Below, one piece after another: positions 1 to 13,136 of a stretch of DNA of 64,000 nucleotides (within the stretch, counting starts at the first letter, position 1; the number at the start of each line of letters is the position of its first letter). A model generated the notes under the pieces. The model was not told the DNA's origin. It saw only the letters and a list, made by a program, of their open reading frames with translations, and did no database searches. The DNA comes from Epiperipatus broadwayi (lineage: Eukaryota > Animalia > Onychophora): NCBI GenBank assembly GCA_028023455.1, contig JAQFVV010000008.1, positions 16,306,001-16,370,000 of the forward strand. Direction: 5' to 3'. A program made the translations under genes and the position numbers.

Positions 1-1899
1 TTACTATCAATCTTCATTTCCTTTAAACCATTATAACTTTTTAAATTGACATACATTTAATGGACATTTTATTTATATTATATATGACTATAAATATATA
101 AGGAAATTGTAAAACATTTATTTCTGATTGAAAAAAAATATTTTTTTTTTCTTTTCTTTTTGTTTTTAAAACCACATACTTTAAGAATTGGACTGGAGCT
201 AATCTTTACAATATATTGAGACAGTTAAGTGTCTAATGGCATACAACAACATAGTAGTGTGTATGCATATATATATATTGTATCACTTATCAATGAAGTA
301 GGGATTATACACTTTAATTTGCACCTGAAAATTCATTTATTTGAATGTGTTAGATATTCTTGTGAAAGTAACTATTTTTCTTGTTCAAACAACCCCAGTT
401 TATTATAATTAAATTTAATAATAGTCAGAGAAGTTTTTCATTTATTTAACAGGCACCAGGATTCTATATGTGAATCTAGTGGCTCTTTCCCCCCATCAGT
501 AGTAATTACTATTGCATGAAAATTTAATGCCTTCTGGAGGATTGTAATTTATGATATGGCATTGGCATTTATAATTGGTAATATTATACAGATTTAGTTA
601 ATACTATAGTAATAAATTTAAATTAACAACAGAATAAATTATATTTCTACAATTTATTAATTTTGTAATTCTAACAAATGTTTATTAGTAATAATAAGAG
701 AATAAAATGTAATATCAAACTACTATGCTTGTTGAAAGGCAATTCTTGCTGTTCTTGGAAGTTATCTCAATTCAGTTATTTTAATCAGATTTATTACAGC
801 ATTTTAATAGTAATAATAATTTTCTAAATGTTATCATATATAACACACACAAAAAAGTTTCTTGGTAAGTTTCAACTGTTTAATTCTATCGCTGCATGAA
901 TTACCATGCATGGTTTTGTTCTTAGTAAGATCATCCGTCATATGATCTTATAGCATCTTGGTAGGCAGCCCAGAGTTCTAATATTCAGGTAGGTGGTGGG
1001 ATTCAATCACAGCATTATTGCAACCCCAGGAAACAAGAAAGTGTCGGTAAATGAACTATACTCTACTCACACATTTGATAACAGCAAAATCCACTGATGA
1101 AAATATAATAAGGCATCTTATAGTGGCTCTGTAGAAAAAAAATCAATTTATTGCAAATAGCTACCTGATGCCACACAGAACACAAGAAAAATACCCCTGC
1201 TCAGCGATGGCCCTTCTTTTATATCATTCCCAATTTGAGTCCACTGTGCATATCCTGTTTACATTTATCCCCATTTTAACTTTCACCAATTTACACATTT
1301 TTATTTTATTTTTGTTTTTAAAAATTATCTCCTCCCCCTTCAGTGGCCATCTTTAATTAACAGCAAAAGAATGCTGTAATTTCAATTTAAGTAATTATAA
1401 TTGCTGGATGATAAGAATTTACATTCTTATCTCAGTAAAATCAAAAGGTAAATCTTTTGTTATTTTCTTTTTTTTAATGTGGCTATAGAAAATATAATTT
1501 ATATTATCTAAAATAAATGAAACAGAATTTATAAAAATACCTATTTTATCTTTCTTGGAAATTTAATATTTTAACTCTAAAGTGCCAATACTGATATGTA
1601 CCACAAATACAGTACAATATAAAGTTAAAATGAAAAATATAAATAAACACAATATTTTTTTGTAAATATCCTTCTATATTACTCTGGAATAACAATTAAG
1701 AATTAAATAATTTTGAATTTAAAAACAATATTATAAATTAAACATTTATAAAGATCTAATTAATATTTTATTAATTCTTATTTTGAAATTAAAACAACCA
1801 TATTTTTATGCTACAATAGATTTACTAATGATTATAAAATTCTACTATCTATTTTGATTAGCAAATTGTTTTAAATTAAAGCTTGTATAACATATTTTG

Positions 1900-3200
1900 A
1901 TAAAAAAGCTATAAAGTTGTTTTTCAAAGGATTAAAATGAATTGAAGAGTCATTAACTTTTTTCTATCAAAATAGGAAAAACTTATTTTTAATTATTGTA
2001 TTTTTGCCCTGCCCTGACTATAAAAGGGTTGAAAAAAAAAGATTTTGTTTTTTTCTTAAATTTACAAATTATGACAGCAATTACCATGAAGTTATAACTG
2101 AAGATAAGAGAGTGCAAGTCCAGCAGCTGCTACTAGTTTATTGTGGTAGATTCACATAGAAGTAGTCTGCTTTCTGTATACTCCATAGTCCATATATGTG
2201 CATATTAAACCAGCATAGAGACTGAAGGGAACTCACTGCAGGCAACAATTACCTAGATTATACCTTTTCCAAAAATGACAATAAGATAGTCTATTGTTTA
2301 GAAGGGACCAGCTTACCCAAAGAGGCCATCAGCTTGCTGAAGAATTATATGTATACTGTTTTAACTATATGCAGAGAAGCACAGATAAAAAAAACATGCA
2401 CTGTATATATATATAAAGTTTATCTGGTGAGTAGGGTTATATATATATTGAGAATAGTATTTTAAATAATTTCTTGAAATAACATTTAAAATGTCTAATT
2501 AATAAACTAAAAGTAAAGCAAGTAAATAATTTTTGCTTGAATTAAAAATCTAAAAACAAATGTTTGTTCACAGACAATTTTATTTTGAAAAAAAAAACTC
2601 CAAAAATCTTTTTAGATTAGCAAAAAAAAAAAAAAAAAAACAACTTGCTGAAGTATTTTTTTAAAGAGACATTTATAATTAATCAAGAGTAACCCATCAA
2701 AAATGTGATATTACTTTTTAAAAAAAAAAAAACTTTTTTTATTTACCATTAAATAATGAATGAATTAATGATTCATATTATTTTATATATATCCACATGT
2801 ATGTGTGAATTTTATGTATACTTTCAACATAGAATTAATCATGAAAAATATATTTTTAAAAGTTTTATTATTTTGACGAATTTAAATATATGTATAAACA
2901 TCAGTGTGCACACACTACCATGTGCACATACACATATGTTAAATCAGTCATTATTTATGTATCATTAAAATGTGATAGCTTTTTTTAACATTATATAATT
3001 CCCATATGTTACAGCATGTCTGTGTGCTTATGTAGACACATGTATGTTAAACCAGTCTTTACAATTATAAAAATGAATTTCACTTATAGGTTTATGACAA
3101 TTCAAATATGTTCATAAATTACTATACCACATGCCTGTGTGCTGAAATCTGTTTTATAAAAACCCATTCAAAATATATGTAAATTACAATGTAATAGTGG
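1900..3200 (+). repeat. Dispersed repeat family A, copy 1 (unclassified, non-coding)
   Basis: Collinear similarity to about 29740-30890, with shared blocks aagtaaataattttgcttgaatt, atttattttgaaaaaaaaa...caaaaatcttt, cacatgtatgtgtgaattttatgtata and ccacatgcctgtgtgctgaa. Boundaries are approximate. Confidence 0.7.
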
Positions 3201-4254
3201 ATTTATTTTTGGTATTAATAAAAATCAGGGGGCTTAATTTAAATGAAAGAGTTGTATTCAGCAAACTTTAATTTAATTATTAATAAATTTATATTTCATT
3301 GTTTAAAGTTATTCCAGTGAATTTATTTAATCCTAAAATAGTATAAATTACTATATGGTGTATTATATCTCTTGTTCGCAATAACAGAGCTTTTGTACCT
3401 GAGCTAGATTCATGCATAATGATCTGTTATATAAAAGGGGTTTATATTTAGTATATATAAACATACAGTTGATGATGATCATGTATTGCTGCAAAGGGGA
3501 TATCCTTTACAGTTCATGCCCTACATTTTAATTAGTTTAGTATTTATTAAAAATTAAGTTATAGTTGGCCACTACATTAATGGTATTAGCTGGGCACAGC
3601 ACTGATAATGATTAGCATGTTTTAGTATCCCAGCATTGTTTTTATTGTTATATATTTTGATGGATTAGAACTTAAGTTTGTGCAACCAAATTAATGTTTA
3701 AATAATCTGCCCCAAGATGGCAAGGATTAAATAATTACCTTGGTCTATAGAAGACCCATTTCAAATCCAGTTACAAGATTATATGTTGATTTATTTTTAT
3801 TATTGATCATTCATGATGATGAATTGCTATTACTTTTTCATAATTCTGGTGAACTTGTAGTTATTTGTGATGATCTCTCATGCTCATCGTTTATTCCCAT
3901 AGTCATTTCTTATAATTATTCATTTTATTTGTATATTTAAATTTTGTATTAACTTGGGGTAGATGATGATGAGTTCCATCACCCAAGTTTCACACCCCAG
4001 ATCCATATTACAATATATATATATAATTAATTTGCAATATTATTTTATGCAATAAATAAATTTTAATAAATCCAGAAATGATAAACATCATGGCTTTGGG
4101 CAGTTCAAGTTCAATGTGTCATTTCTAAAATTCACAAAGTAACTAATCATTTGATTACATTTATTTATATCATTCTAATTTAAAAAACAGCCATCTGGAA
4201 AAACTTACTGATAATCATAATACAATCTCTTTTTTTAAAAAAAAAAACAGCTAT

Positions 4255-5100
4255 TACATAATGGATGGCCCCTTCAAATGTAGTCAATACTTTGCAGACA
4301 ACTGGCACTGGGTAATCATTTTTGTTTAGCACTTGGTTGACTATTATATGATAGTCAGTATAGATATGTGTACTGCCATTCAGTTTAGTAATAATTACAA
4401 AAGGCGCAGCCTAATCACAGTTTTCTGTGGGTGTTAATGCTCTCTTATTAGTTAAATCATTCAATGCTCTGGCACATTTATTCACTGTATATGGCACTTT
4501 CTGTTTTTTGCACAATTTGGGCTTCATATTCTCTTTCAGTTATAATTCAATGGAGTTCATTCTGATTTCCCCAACATCCCTCTTGAATAATGATGGAAAT
4601 GTATTTATTTCTCTATCAAATTTTTTTTTATAATTATTATTTTGATGCTCGTTAATGAAAACCAATTTCTGCCAAAAAAAGGGATTTAATTTGTTCTGAA
4701 AAATAAATATTGGTGAATAAAAAAATTTCCAATCATCTACATCATCATTATCAATTTTTTTTCTATCAACACCATTAGCTATTAATTTTGATTTTTTTAA
4801 TTTGATTATTTCAAATTTTTATTAGTGATTTCCAATCATTATGTCAATCAATGATATTTGTGAGCCACTGTCAATTTGATGACGAAATATTTTAAATGAA
4901 AGTGTTATTTATTCATCATTCACATTTTTAATATCTATACGCAGGTTATTTTTCTTAACTAATTTTGAGTGTTGAAGATTTTTTTCATCTGAGCAGTTAT
5001 TTTTACAAATTCTTGACAAGTGATCTAATTTTCACAATTTCTATAACTTTTCTTTTTCCATTTGCAAATTTTAGTTGTATGACCTGATTTTTTATAAAAG
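4255..5100 (-). mobile_element. Ty3/Gypsy LTR retrotransposon gag-pol remnant (protease and start of RT), degenerate
   Basis: Minus strand reads QIDSGSQISLID (aspartic protease DSG motif, about 4878-4843), then VGEIRMNSIEL..KPKLCKKQKVPY, AAPFVIITKLNG and VNQVLNKNDYPVP (RT N-terminal motifs), with stops and frameshifts. Confidence 0.75.
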
Positions 5101-6470
5101 TCACATTAAATCAATTCTCTCTCATTTCTTATGATATTTACTTAATTTTAAAATGTTTGTATTGTGATTAAGATATTATATTGATTACAAATATCACTAC
5201 ATCTATCACTTTATTTTGCTATAATATTTTATATAAATACAATTTATATATCTTATTCCAAATACTGTATCAAATAAAAGCAATAAAATGTACAAGTAAA
5301 ATAATATGAGATTAGTAGTTGATTAATTAAATCTCATTCTTCATATAAATATCCATTTGTTTTAGCTACTATACATTCCGAATGATGTACATCAAAGAGC
5401 ATGTTCTCAGAGTTATGGGAAGTTTTCTTCTATAAGTCGTGTGTGTGATATTAATTACATATAATCTATCAGCAAGTGTTAAGTGTAAAATAAAAGTATT
5501 ATAGTGATACACTAACTCAGTATAATTAATTAGTGTGTTTTATGAAATAGCAAAATATTTTATTCTATACTTGCTTTAGTGAAAACATGAAATAACAATA
5601 AATAAGTTTGTAAATGAGAAAACAAATTATTAAAGAAAAAAAATAATTAATAAATCAATAAGTAGATAATGATCAAAATCATTAGAGTATTCTTTGGAGA
5701 TTTTCTTTCTTGAGTAACTTTTCAAGTTGAAATTATAATAAAAGTTCAAATGCTTACTCTCTTTATAATTTTATGTGATAACTTCTCACATAAAAAAGGA
5801 ATTATTATCATTTATTTCTAGATAACTTTTCTGGAAATTTACACTTTTTGTCTTATTTTCCTTTTACTTAATAGATACTTTATTTTGTTTTTATTTTATT
5901 TTTTTCTTTCAAAAAAAATAGGAGAGATATTTTAATATTTTTCAACTTCATTTACATATCAAAGCTTTTGGTATATTTATAAATCTTTTTTGAGAGTCAT
6001 CTCCATAATGAATTTAAAGTACCTTATTTTTAACAAAGGAAAAATTAATTAAATGAACATATCATATTATTTCCAAAAGTGTATTGATGTAACTTTGACA
6101 TTGCCACTGTAACTGTTACAACATATATTATATAAATATGTGGGAGAAACTAAAAATTTTATTAAAAAATTAAAACAATGCATCTTAGGTAGTAAATCCC
6201 CAAAATCTATACTGTAATGGTAAGAAAGAAGGGATGCTTATGGGGTGATGAGAAAATCATCCCATGATCAATAAAATGAATAAGAGCAGAGAATCAGCAC
6301 TAGGATAAAATATAAGTAGTTATACTAATATAACTTATATCAATTGCATTAAACAAAAATGATCAACAGTTATCCTTTGTGACTGGATTTAGAAGTATAT
6401 TATAAATATATACAATGGTCAAATATTCAGTATAAAAATTATTTGTCCACACTGTTATTATAGATATATA

Positions 6471-6663
6471 CTTAATATAATGATCAATCTAAATAAGATT
6501 TTAAAAAAAACTAATTATATTTACAATTATTTAATTATCAACCCAGCTTTCATATCTTATTGAAATCTTTTCAAGATATAAAGTTTATATCTTGAAAAGA
6601 TCTCAATATGAAATGAAAGCTGGGTTTTGTTTCAATCTTATTTAGATTGATTATTATATTAAG
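6471..6663. repeat. Interrupted palindrome / foldback (MITE-like)
   Basis: Outer arms are 6471-6500 (cttaatataatgatcaatctaaataagatt) and 6634-6663. Inner arms are 6541-6582 (acccagctttcat...tcaagatataaa) and 6584-6625, around a single central G at 6583. Confidence 0.8.
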
Positions 6664-7799
6664 CATACATTATAAAATCCAAGTTAATTATCTAGCCACT
6701 GCCAACCTTAGAGCAAAATATAAAACAATCATCTGGATGAACATATTTAAAAGATAAAGTATCTATTATAAAAAATAATACTGGAATCTTGATATATACT
6801 GATCATAATCAAGTCTGGCCATATGATACCATGAATAATCTGTAAATAAAGTGTAGTGAATGGTCTTTAATGATAATCTTGATTGTTTCATCATCCCGTT
6901 ATCTGGAATCAAACACCAATAAGTATATCTACATAAAAATAAATTAACCATTGATTCTATAGCTAGTTCAGAATCAAAAGATTCTAGGGAGGGTGATAGT
7001 AAACAAGAGAAATTATAAATGCATAAGTTTAATCTACTTTAATTTAGCTAGTATTACTGGGATAATTTACAAATCCCTTAAAACACTATGCTGTACCGAA
7101 ATCAAGTGATACACTCTGCCAATTCATGAAATATATTATATAGCTTAAGGAATAATGACATTAATACAATAACACTATTATTTTTTTAAACAATTATTTA
7201 ATGAAATTAACTAATAAATTTAGAAAAAGATATTACAATTACAAATTTAATACATTTTTATCAAAAAATATATACAATTTCATGTAGCAAACCCTGTTGA
7301 TTCTTATTCCTAAATTAAATAACATTTTCTTTGATTTATTCTCTCCTTTTTAATAATTTGAAAACATCTCACAAATAAGAGATAAAAAATTTAAGACTAT
7401 TTACTTAAAACTCTTTCACTTCCAAAACTCCTTTTGTGCCCCTTTTCAGCAGTTTAGATTTTAAACTGAGCTTGCGCAGAATCGGTACATCTTACACTTA
7501 CAAGAATAAAAGTAAGTGAAAATTAGTAAAAATGTAAAAGAGAGGAAAAAACAGAGAGAATATAAATGTGGTGTTAAAAACAAAGAAAGTGAAAAAGATG
7601 CCAATATTAAATTGGAAAGCTATTTAAATAAAAAGAAATTGGCTAAAATAAATAATTATAGAGAGAAAATAAAATTAAATAGTAATTTTAAATAAAAAGA
7701 AATTGGCTAAAATAGATGAGATCATTATAGAGAGAGAATGAAATTAAATAATAAATTATTGGAGGAAAGGGATGGGAGTAAAATAATTTGGAAATATTG

Positions 7800-7955
7800 T
7801 GCATAAAATCCCTATCTAGTGCCTACTCATCCAATATCCCCAGACTAGTTACAAGCTTGTGGCTTTTGTCAGTGATGAGCCTTGGATCTGAGATCACTGC
7901 ACCTAGATCTTAGGATCTCCTAAAATGGTGATCATGTGATGTTTAGTAGTTTAAT
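7800..7955 (-). mobile_element. Penelope-like pLTR fragment with inactivated hammerhead, followed by a tail piece in opposite orientation
   Basis: 7801-7920 is the reverse complement of about 42510-42630. It is followed on + by atggtgatcatgtgatgttta, shared with about 13325, 42277 and 46116. Confidence 0.75.
7826..7892 (-). ncRNA. Degenerate type I hammerhead ribozyme motif (core mutated)
   Basis: Minus strand reads ctcagatccaaggctcatca-CUGACAA-aagc cacaa gctt-GUAA-cuag-UC-tggggatattggatgag. Both conserved core segments carry substitutions (CUGANGA to CUGACAA; GAAA to GUAA), while stem II is perfectly paired. Confidence 0.7.
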
Positions 7956-10900
7956 ATAGAAAAGATGTTAGATATGAAGGACAGAGTGAAGCACATAGTA
8001 ATGGAAATATTAATTTTACAAAAAATGAATTGAATGAGGCAGGGAAGAAATTGAAAAGTGGAAAGGCAAGAGGTTTAGATGGATAGGTGCAGAAATGATG
8101 ATGAATTTGGGAAATAGGACAAACTTTTATCTATTAAGCACAGAAGACAGAATTTCCAGACAGCTGAAATAATACAAGAGTGAGGCTATTCTTTAATGGA
8201 AAAAATAAGAATCATAATAATTATAGACTGATAGTGGTAATTTGGTGTTGTATATAGTTTTGGCATATATAGTGGCTGGAAAATGGCAAAATGGATGGAA
8301 GAAAATAATATAGTGGGAAAAAATGCAAGGAGGTCTTAAAACAATTATATACAATCTTTATAGATATAGAGAAGGCATAGAAATAGATTATGGATAAGTT
8401 TAGTAAATTTGGCAATGAATGGAGCTTTAGTGGATCTTATTAAGAGATTTTATGAAAATAATTACAATACATATCAATTAGGAAGTATAGAACCAGTTTG
8501 AGTTAAAAATGGGATGGGATGCCCAATGTCACCTATTTGTTTTTTTTTTATATTTGAAAAAAATGGAGAGGGCAATAGAAAGACTAGGAAGATGGGTAGT
8601 GATACCATTAATAAGATGGCAAGGGAATGTATACATTATTAGGTCTTTTATTTGTTGATGATATTTTCTTGTGCACAGAAAGTAGGGAAGATATGAAAGA
8701 TATGCTGAAGAATTGTTGAAAGATGGGTAAAGAGATAGCAATTAAATTTAGTGAAGTAAAATCAAAAATAATGATGATAAATGCTGGAGAAAGGAAAGAG
8801 AAAGAATATTTATTGGGGGATATAAAGTTAAATGTGGTGAATAGATATCACTATTTGTGAATTGTCTTAAGTAATCAGAGAAATTACTTGAATGAATGAG
8901 AGAAAAAAACTGATAAATGAAACAAAAAAAAAGAAAGGAACTAATAAAGAAACTAACAATGTTTTCATATAATAAATATAATGTAGGTAGAATTGTATGA
9001 AAGAGAGTGGTACTAGCAGGATTACCTTATGGTAATGATGTGTTATGTATTAATAAAGGGATGTTAGAGATGCAAAAAGCAAAATGAAAATGTTTGGTAG
9101 ACTGCAATTTATGGATAGTAAGAGAATAGCCAAAATAGTATTTAACTGGATTACAAGTAAGGACATGCAATGAAACAATAGGTCTGCTTTGCAGATCTTC
9201 ATTTCACCTTTTCTCACCTATTTCCTATCCTCATACCTTAGTTTGAACCCCAATCTATCGTAGTGTGTCTGCAATACGCTTATATACCGAAAATCCCGCC
9301 TAATTTTAAACCACGAGTACAATGCTCGTATTATATATAAGTATAATTCATTCCCAAATAAATAAAATATTATGGATTATGTATATGTTCACATAATTTA
9401 GATTTATTTAAAAAGTAGGTTATATAAGTTGTAATTGCGCACACACTATGATATGCATTTTAAAACTCATATCAAAATTATAAATTGTTAATTAAAGTTA
9501 TTTTATTTGAATCTATTTACAAAAATATATTACAGTCGTAATATATTTTTGATTTAAAATAAAGTTCATATTCATTTAGTAGATAGATTCAAATATTGCA
9601 ATTGAAAAAGTAAAATCATTTTCTTTAATTTAATAAAAGTCATTCCAAATATTTCTGTTAAAATAAATGAGGGACAATAGTTTAATTATTTAATTATTAT
9701 CTAAGAAAACAGCAGATGTCCACTTAAGGTTTTCTTTAATTAGTAAAAGTAATTTTTAATTAAATCTAGTTTGTAATTCAAATGTCGACAAGGAAATTAA
9801 CAATAGAAATTAATTAAAATTTTGTTAAATTCCTTTAGACATTCGGATAGATTTAATTACAGCTGATAAGTCCGATATATTTTTGTAACGCTCCAGGGCA
9901 GTTCTATTGTTCAATTCTACTATAAAAAGAAGGGTTTTCTTTTGTTCTTTATTCTGTTCACTTTCTAATGAACTGTTTCTGGTGTTTCTAATGAAATGAT
10001 TCTGCTCATTTTCTAATGAAATGTTTCTAGTCATTTGCTGATGAATTGTTTCAAACCAAGACTTTCTAGCCATTTACTGATGAAATATTTCTAACCAAAT
10101 TTACTCTGATCATTTGCTGATTAAATGTTTCTAACCATGTTTACCACAAAAATTGCTAACTTTGAAATGACAGAGTAGAGGCATCAAGAAGGCTATGTCC
10201 CCTCGGAATAGCCAGCCGCTGCTCCAGACCATCGGAAGCTATCACATAAGGAACCCCGGAACTGCTGCTGCTGCAAAAATATGAACATTCCAGATTTTGC
10301 TGCTGAATTATAAAACATGCCGAACATCTACCTGCAAATGCGTCTCCAGAGGTAACCTAAATTAACCCAAGAGCTCTTGTGATTCCTAACTAACATGCTA
10401 TAGCTATTCTAAATTGTTTTCTTTTATTTCACATAACTTTATTATGTACTTCTTTAACGTGTTCAATATAATCAACAGTTTTGCTCTCTATCCTTGGGTT
10501 AATATTTTCTATTTATAAAGCTTTCTGTTATTTTATTATGATAATGTGTCAGAATCGTCTTTGACCGAGTGAACTATTCCCTTTATTGAAAGTAAGACGC
10601 CGCTATTAAGGCATATTTTGAATTTATAATAATTCCCATTTTTATTATCTCACAAATCACTCGTTCGAGGGCGATTCTAATCTCCGTCAATAAATATAAT
10701 AATCACATAGTTTAAAATCTACATTTTATTGATTTTAACATAATAGGAGAGTATGTGCGAGGTCAATGATTTAAATGTGTCCCCAAATGCATGATTGCGT
10801 AAATAAACCTATGCTTTCTTTTCCAACCCACAAGCATGCATTTTCCTATTTTAAATACTGTGTTCTACTTTAATTACAAAGTTCATCATTGACATCGAGA

Positions 10901-12039
10901 ATGTGCGGACCCTTTTAAATGAGTTTCTGGGAATTTGATTGGGCATTTCTCTTAATCCAAGTAAAACCCATTTAGTATGTTTATATACATTAGTTTAGTA
11001 TTGCTGGTAAATAAAGTGGTTGTTAAGACCGCTTTGTTTTGCTTTTCCAAGGATTTTTACACGGCCAAGTCCGTTCTCTTCGCTTTCTTTTCGTTCCCTG
11101 CAGTTTCCAGGCAGAGTGTGTCCACAAATGTCACACCTGGGAATTAAACGCAGCCGTCACCCAGTCGCTAAGTTTCGGCTGTTCGTGACAACACTTTCCT
11201 ATGGGTTAGCGGCGAGTTGCCCTCCGTAGTCATTCCAAATATTTCACTATTATTTTATTTTATATTTATTTTTACAAAGCATCCATGACTTAAACGTGTC
11301 ACACCCTCCAACTTTAATAAATTCATTATTAGCAATACTGACCTCCCATCTGCTTTAATTATTTTTATCAAATAAATGCCTTGATCACATCCCCACTTTA
11401 TTGCTTAGTAAGCTTTTGTCCGTGCCATTCTCGAGATCAATAAACATTATATAACCCGTAATATAAAATATTTTATTAAACTGTTATAATTACTAAAAGC
11501 ACCTCGCACATGTTCCAATCTCTGTAAGCACATTATCGTAATGCTATTAGCCCGAGGGATAGAATATATAATTTTGCTTTAAAACCTTTTTCCATTTATT
11601 GGAATGTAATGCCAACAATTATTTAAAACGCGTCCCTGTCTCATATAAGCAGGAAGTGGCGTCATAATATATTTCTATATAAATAAATTTTGAAATCATT
11701 TAAATTTAATTTTGATTCTATTTTATTGATTCCTATCACTGCCTCGGTCTATATATATATTTTATACATTTCTTTTGTACATCCATAGACGTTAATTAGC
11801 CACCCAAACTTATCTTAGTATAGAGTCTTTTGTTTCTCCCTGACCACCAGGCACCGGTAAAAGGTTATACTAGTAGTAGCATCAGATGCGTTATCACGTA
11901 GGTGGCACTGTGAAATTTGGACTTCAGATTCGAACTTAGTATATCTAGAAGGCAACCCCTCCTAGAATGTTCAGTTTCATGTTTGGGGTTTGAATTCTGC
12001 AGTGTGTTAGCGAGATAGACGATTCTGACTGTTACAGCA

Positions 12040-12730
12040 ACAAGATGGCTAAGAGAGATTGTATGGTATGCAGAAGGTTTGGATAAAGATTTTATATCAG
12101 TATACTTATACAAAAGGTGTGATGATTGTGTTAGGAGAATTGTTGAATGTTATAGTGGCAAAAAATGGAAGAGAATAATATAAGCATTAATAAAAAATAG
12201 GGAGTTGGAGAGATGGAGAAATAGTATGGAGAGTAAAAAGAGTCTAAATATATATACAAATAAACAAAATATTGGATCTGAATTAATGTACAATAATAAC
12301 AAAAAAAGTAGTCTACTGATAAAACCCCCAACAGATCATTAGTAAGAAGGAAATATACAAATAATTGGAGAAATGTGGGTGATTTAGTCTGGAAGTTATG
12401 TAAGGAAGGCATAAAAAATATTAGGCATCTGCTAATTAAATGTAAAATGCTTACAAGCAAAAGGGAACAAATAATGTTGTGGAAGAATAAATATAAACTA
12501 AGTGATTATATAGAAAGTGGGTTCTTGTTTTTTATGCTGAGTTTGGAAAAAGATAAGAAGGATCTAGATATAAAGGCCATGGAGAGGATAAAGATGATGA
12601 TGTGGAAATGGGATGGAGCAGGATAGAGAAAAATATGGGAAAAACCTAGAGTGGGAAATGGAAAGTAAAATGGCTAACAGGTTTTTCTGGGCATAGTGGC
12701 TGTCAAATTCCTGATTTTGATAAAGTAGTA
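12040..12730 (+). mobile_element. LINE ORF2 3' end with C-terminal zinc-knuckle remnant; likely continuation of the 7540-9180 element
   Basis: Reads TRWLREI..., RWRNSMESKKSLNIY and KLCKEGIKNIRHLLIKC (decayed C-x2-C...H-x4-C). Followed by a possible 3' stem-loop (tggctgtcaaa...tttgataaagtagtagcca) and a short cac/cat tail. Clade not firmly assigned (RTEX-like is possible). Confidence 0.7.
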
Positions 12731-13136
12731 GCCATATCCCACCACATCATATTCTTATATTTGTTGTTTTTGTTTTTTTTTTCAAAAGTTGATCTTTTTT
12801 CTACTTTTGAATAAAATTATGCATTTCTAAATTAAACATTACATTTCTCATATCTATATACTGACTGGGTGTGATATTATTGCACTAGAGATACCTAAAA
12901 AAGTTTCTAGATATATAGTGATGTAAACGACTAAGTATTGTTGTTTAATTAATTAACTTTATTACAAATATCTCAGCCTGTTTACATATACCTTGACTAA
13001 TGAGATAAATTGTTTAAAGTATATAAAAAAGATTTTAAAAACATTTTTACAAATATTTATACAAATGTTTAATTATAGCATTAATATTTACTTCAATGGA
13101 GAAAGTGATTTAATCTTAAAAAAAACAAAAAAAAAA

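Larger units (their letters stand above)
7540..9180 (+). mobile_element. Non-LTR retrotransposon (LINE) ORF2 remnant, RT part, degenerate
   Basis: Decayed RT motifs in order: KLKSGKARGLDG (about 8050-8085), NYRLI, IDIEKA (about 8360), GCPMSP (about 8517), GLLFVDDI (about 8640), VLAGLPYG (about 9010) and RIAKIVFNW (about 9125). Interrupted by a PLE fragment at about 7800-7955. Confidence 0.8.

Noticed and set aside
1168-1257. Possible 90-nt phase 1-1 minus-strand exon (GYAQWTQIGNDIKEGPSLSRGIFLVFCVAS) as the next macrodomain exon
   Set aside because: The acceptor lacks a polypyrimidine tract and the peptide has no macrodomain motifs (no T-x-x-G-x-L, IIH or PAxGTG).
7586-7595. GAAAGTGAAA, an IRF/ISRE-like motif
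   Set aside because: It sits in purine-rich LINE debris far from any identified promoter, and such motifs are expected by chance in this composition.
9960-10140. Short repeats with ctgatga, considered as a CRISPR array or hammerheads
   Set aside because: The context is eukaryotic, the units are contiguous degenerate repeats without unique spacers, and no stem II plus GAAA follows the ctgatga strings.
11893-11912. CTCF-like string acgtaggtggcactg
   Set aside because: Single partial match with no independent support.
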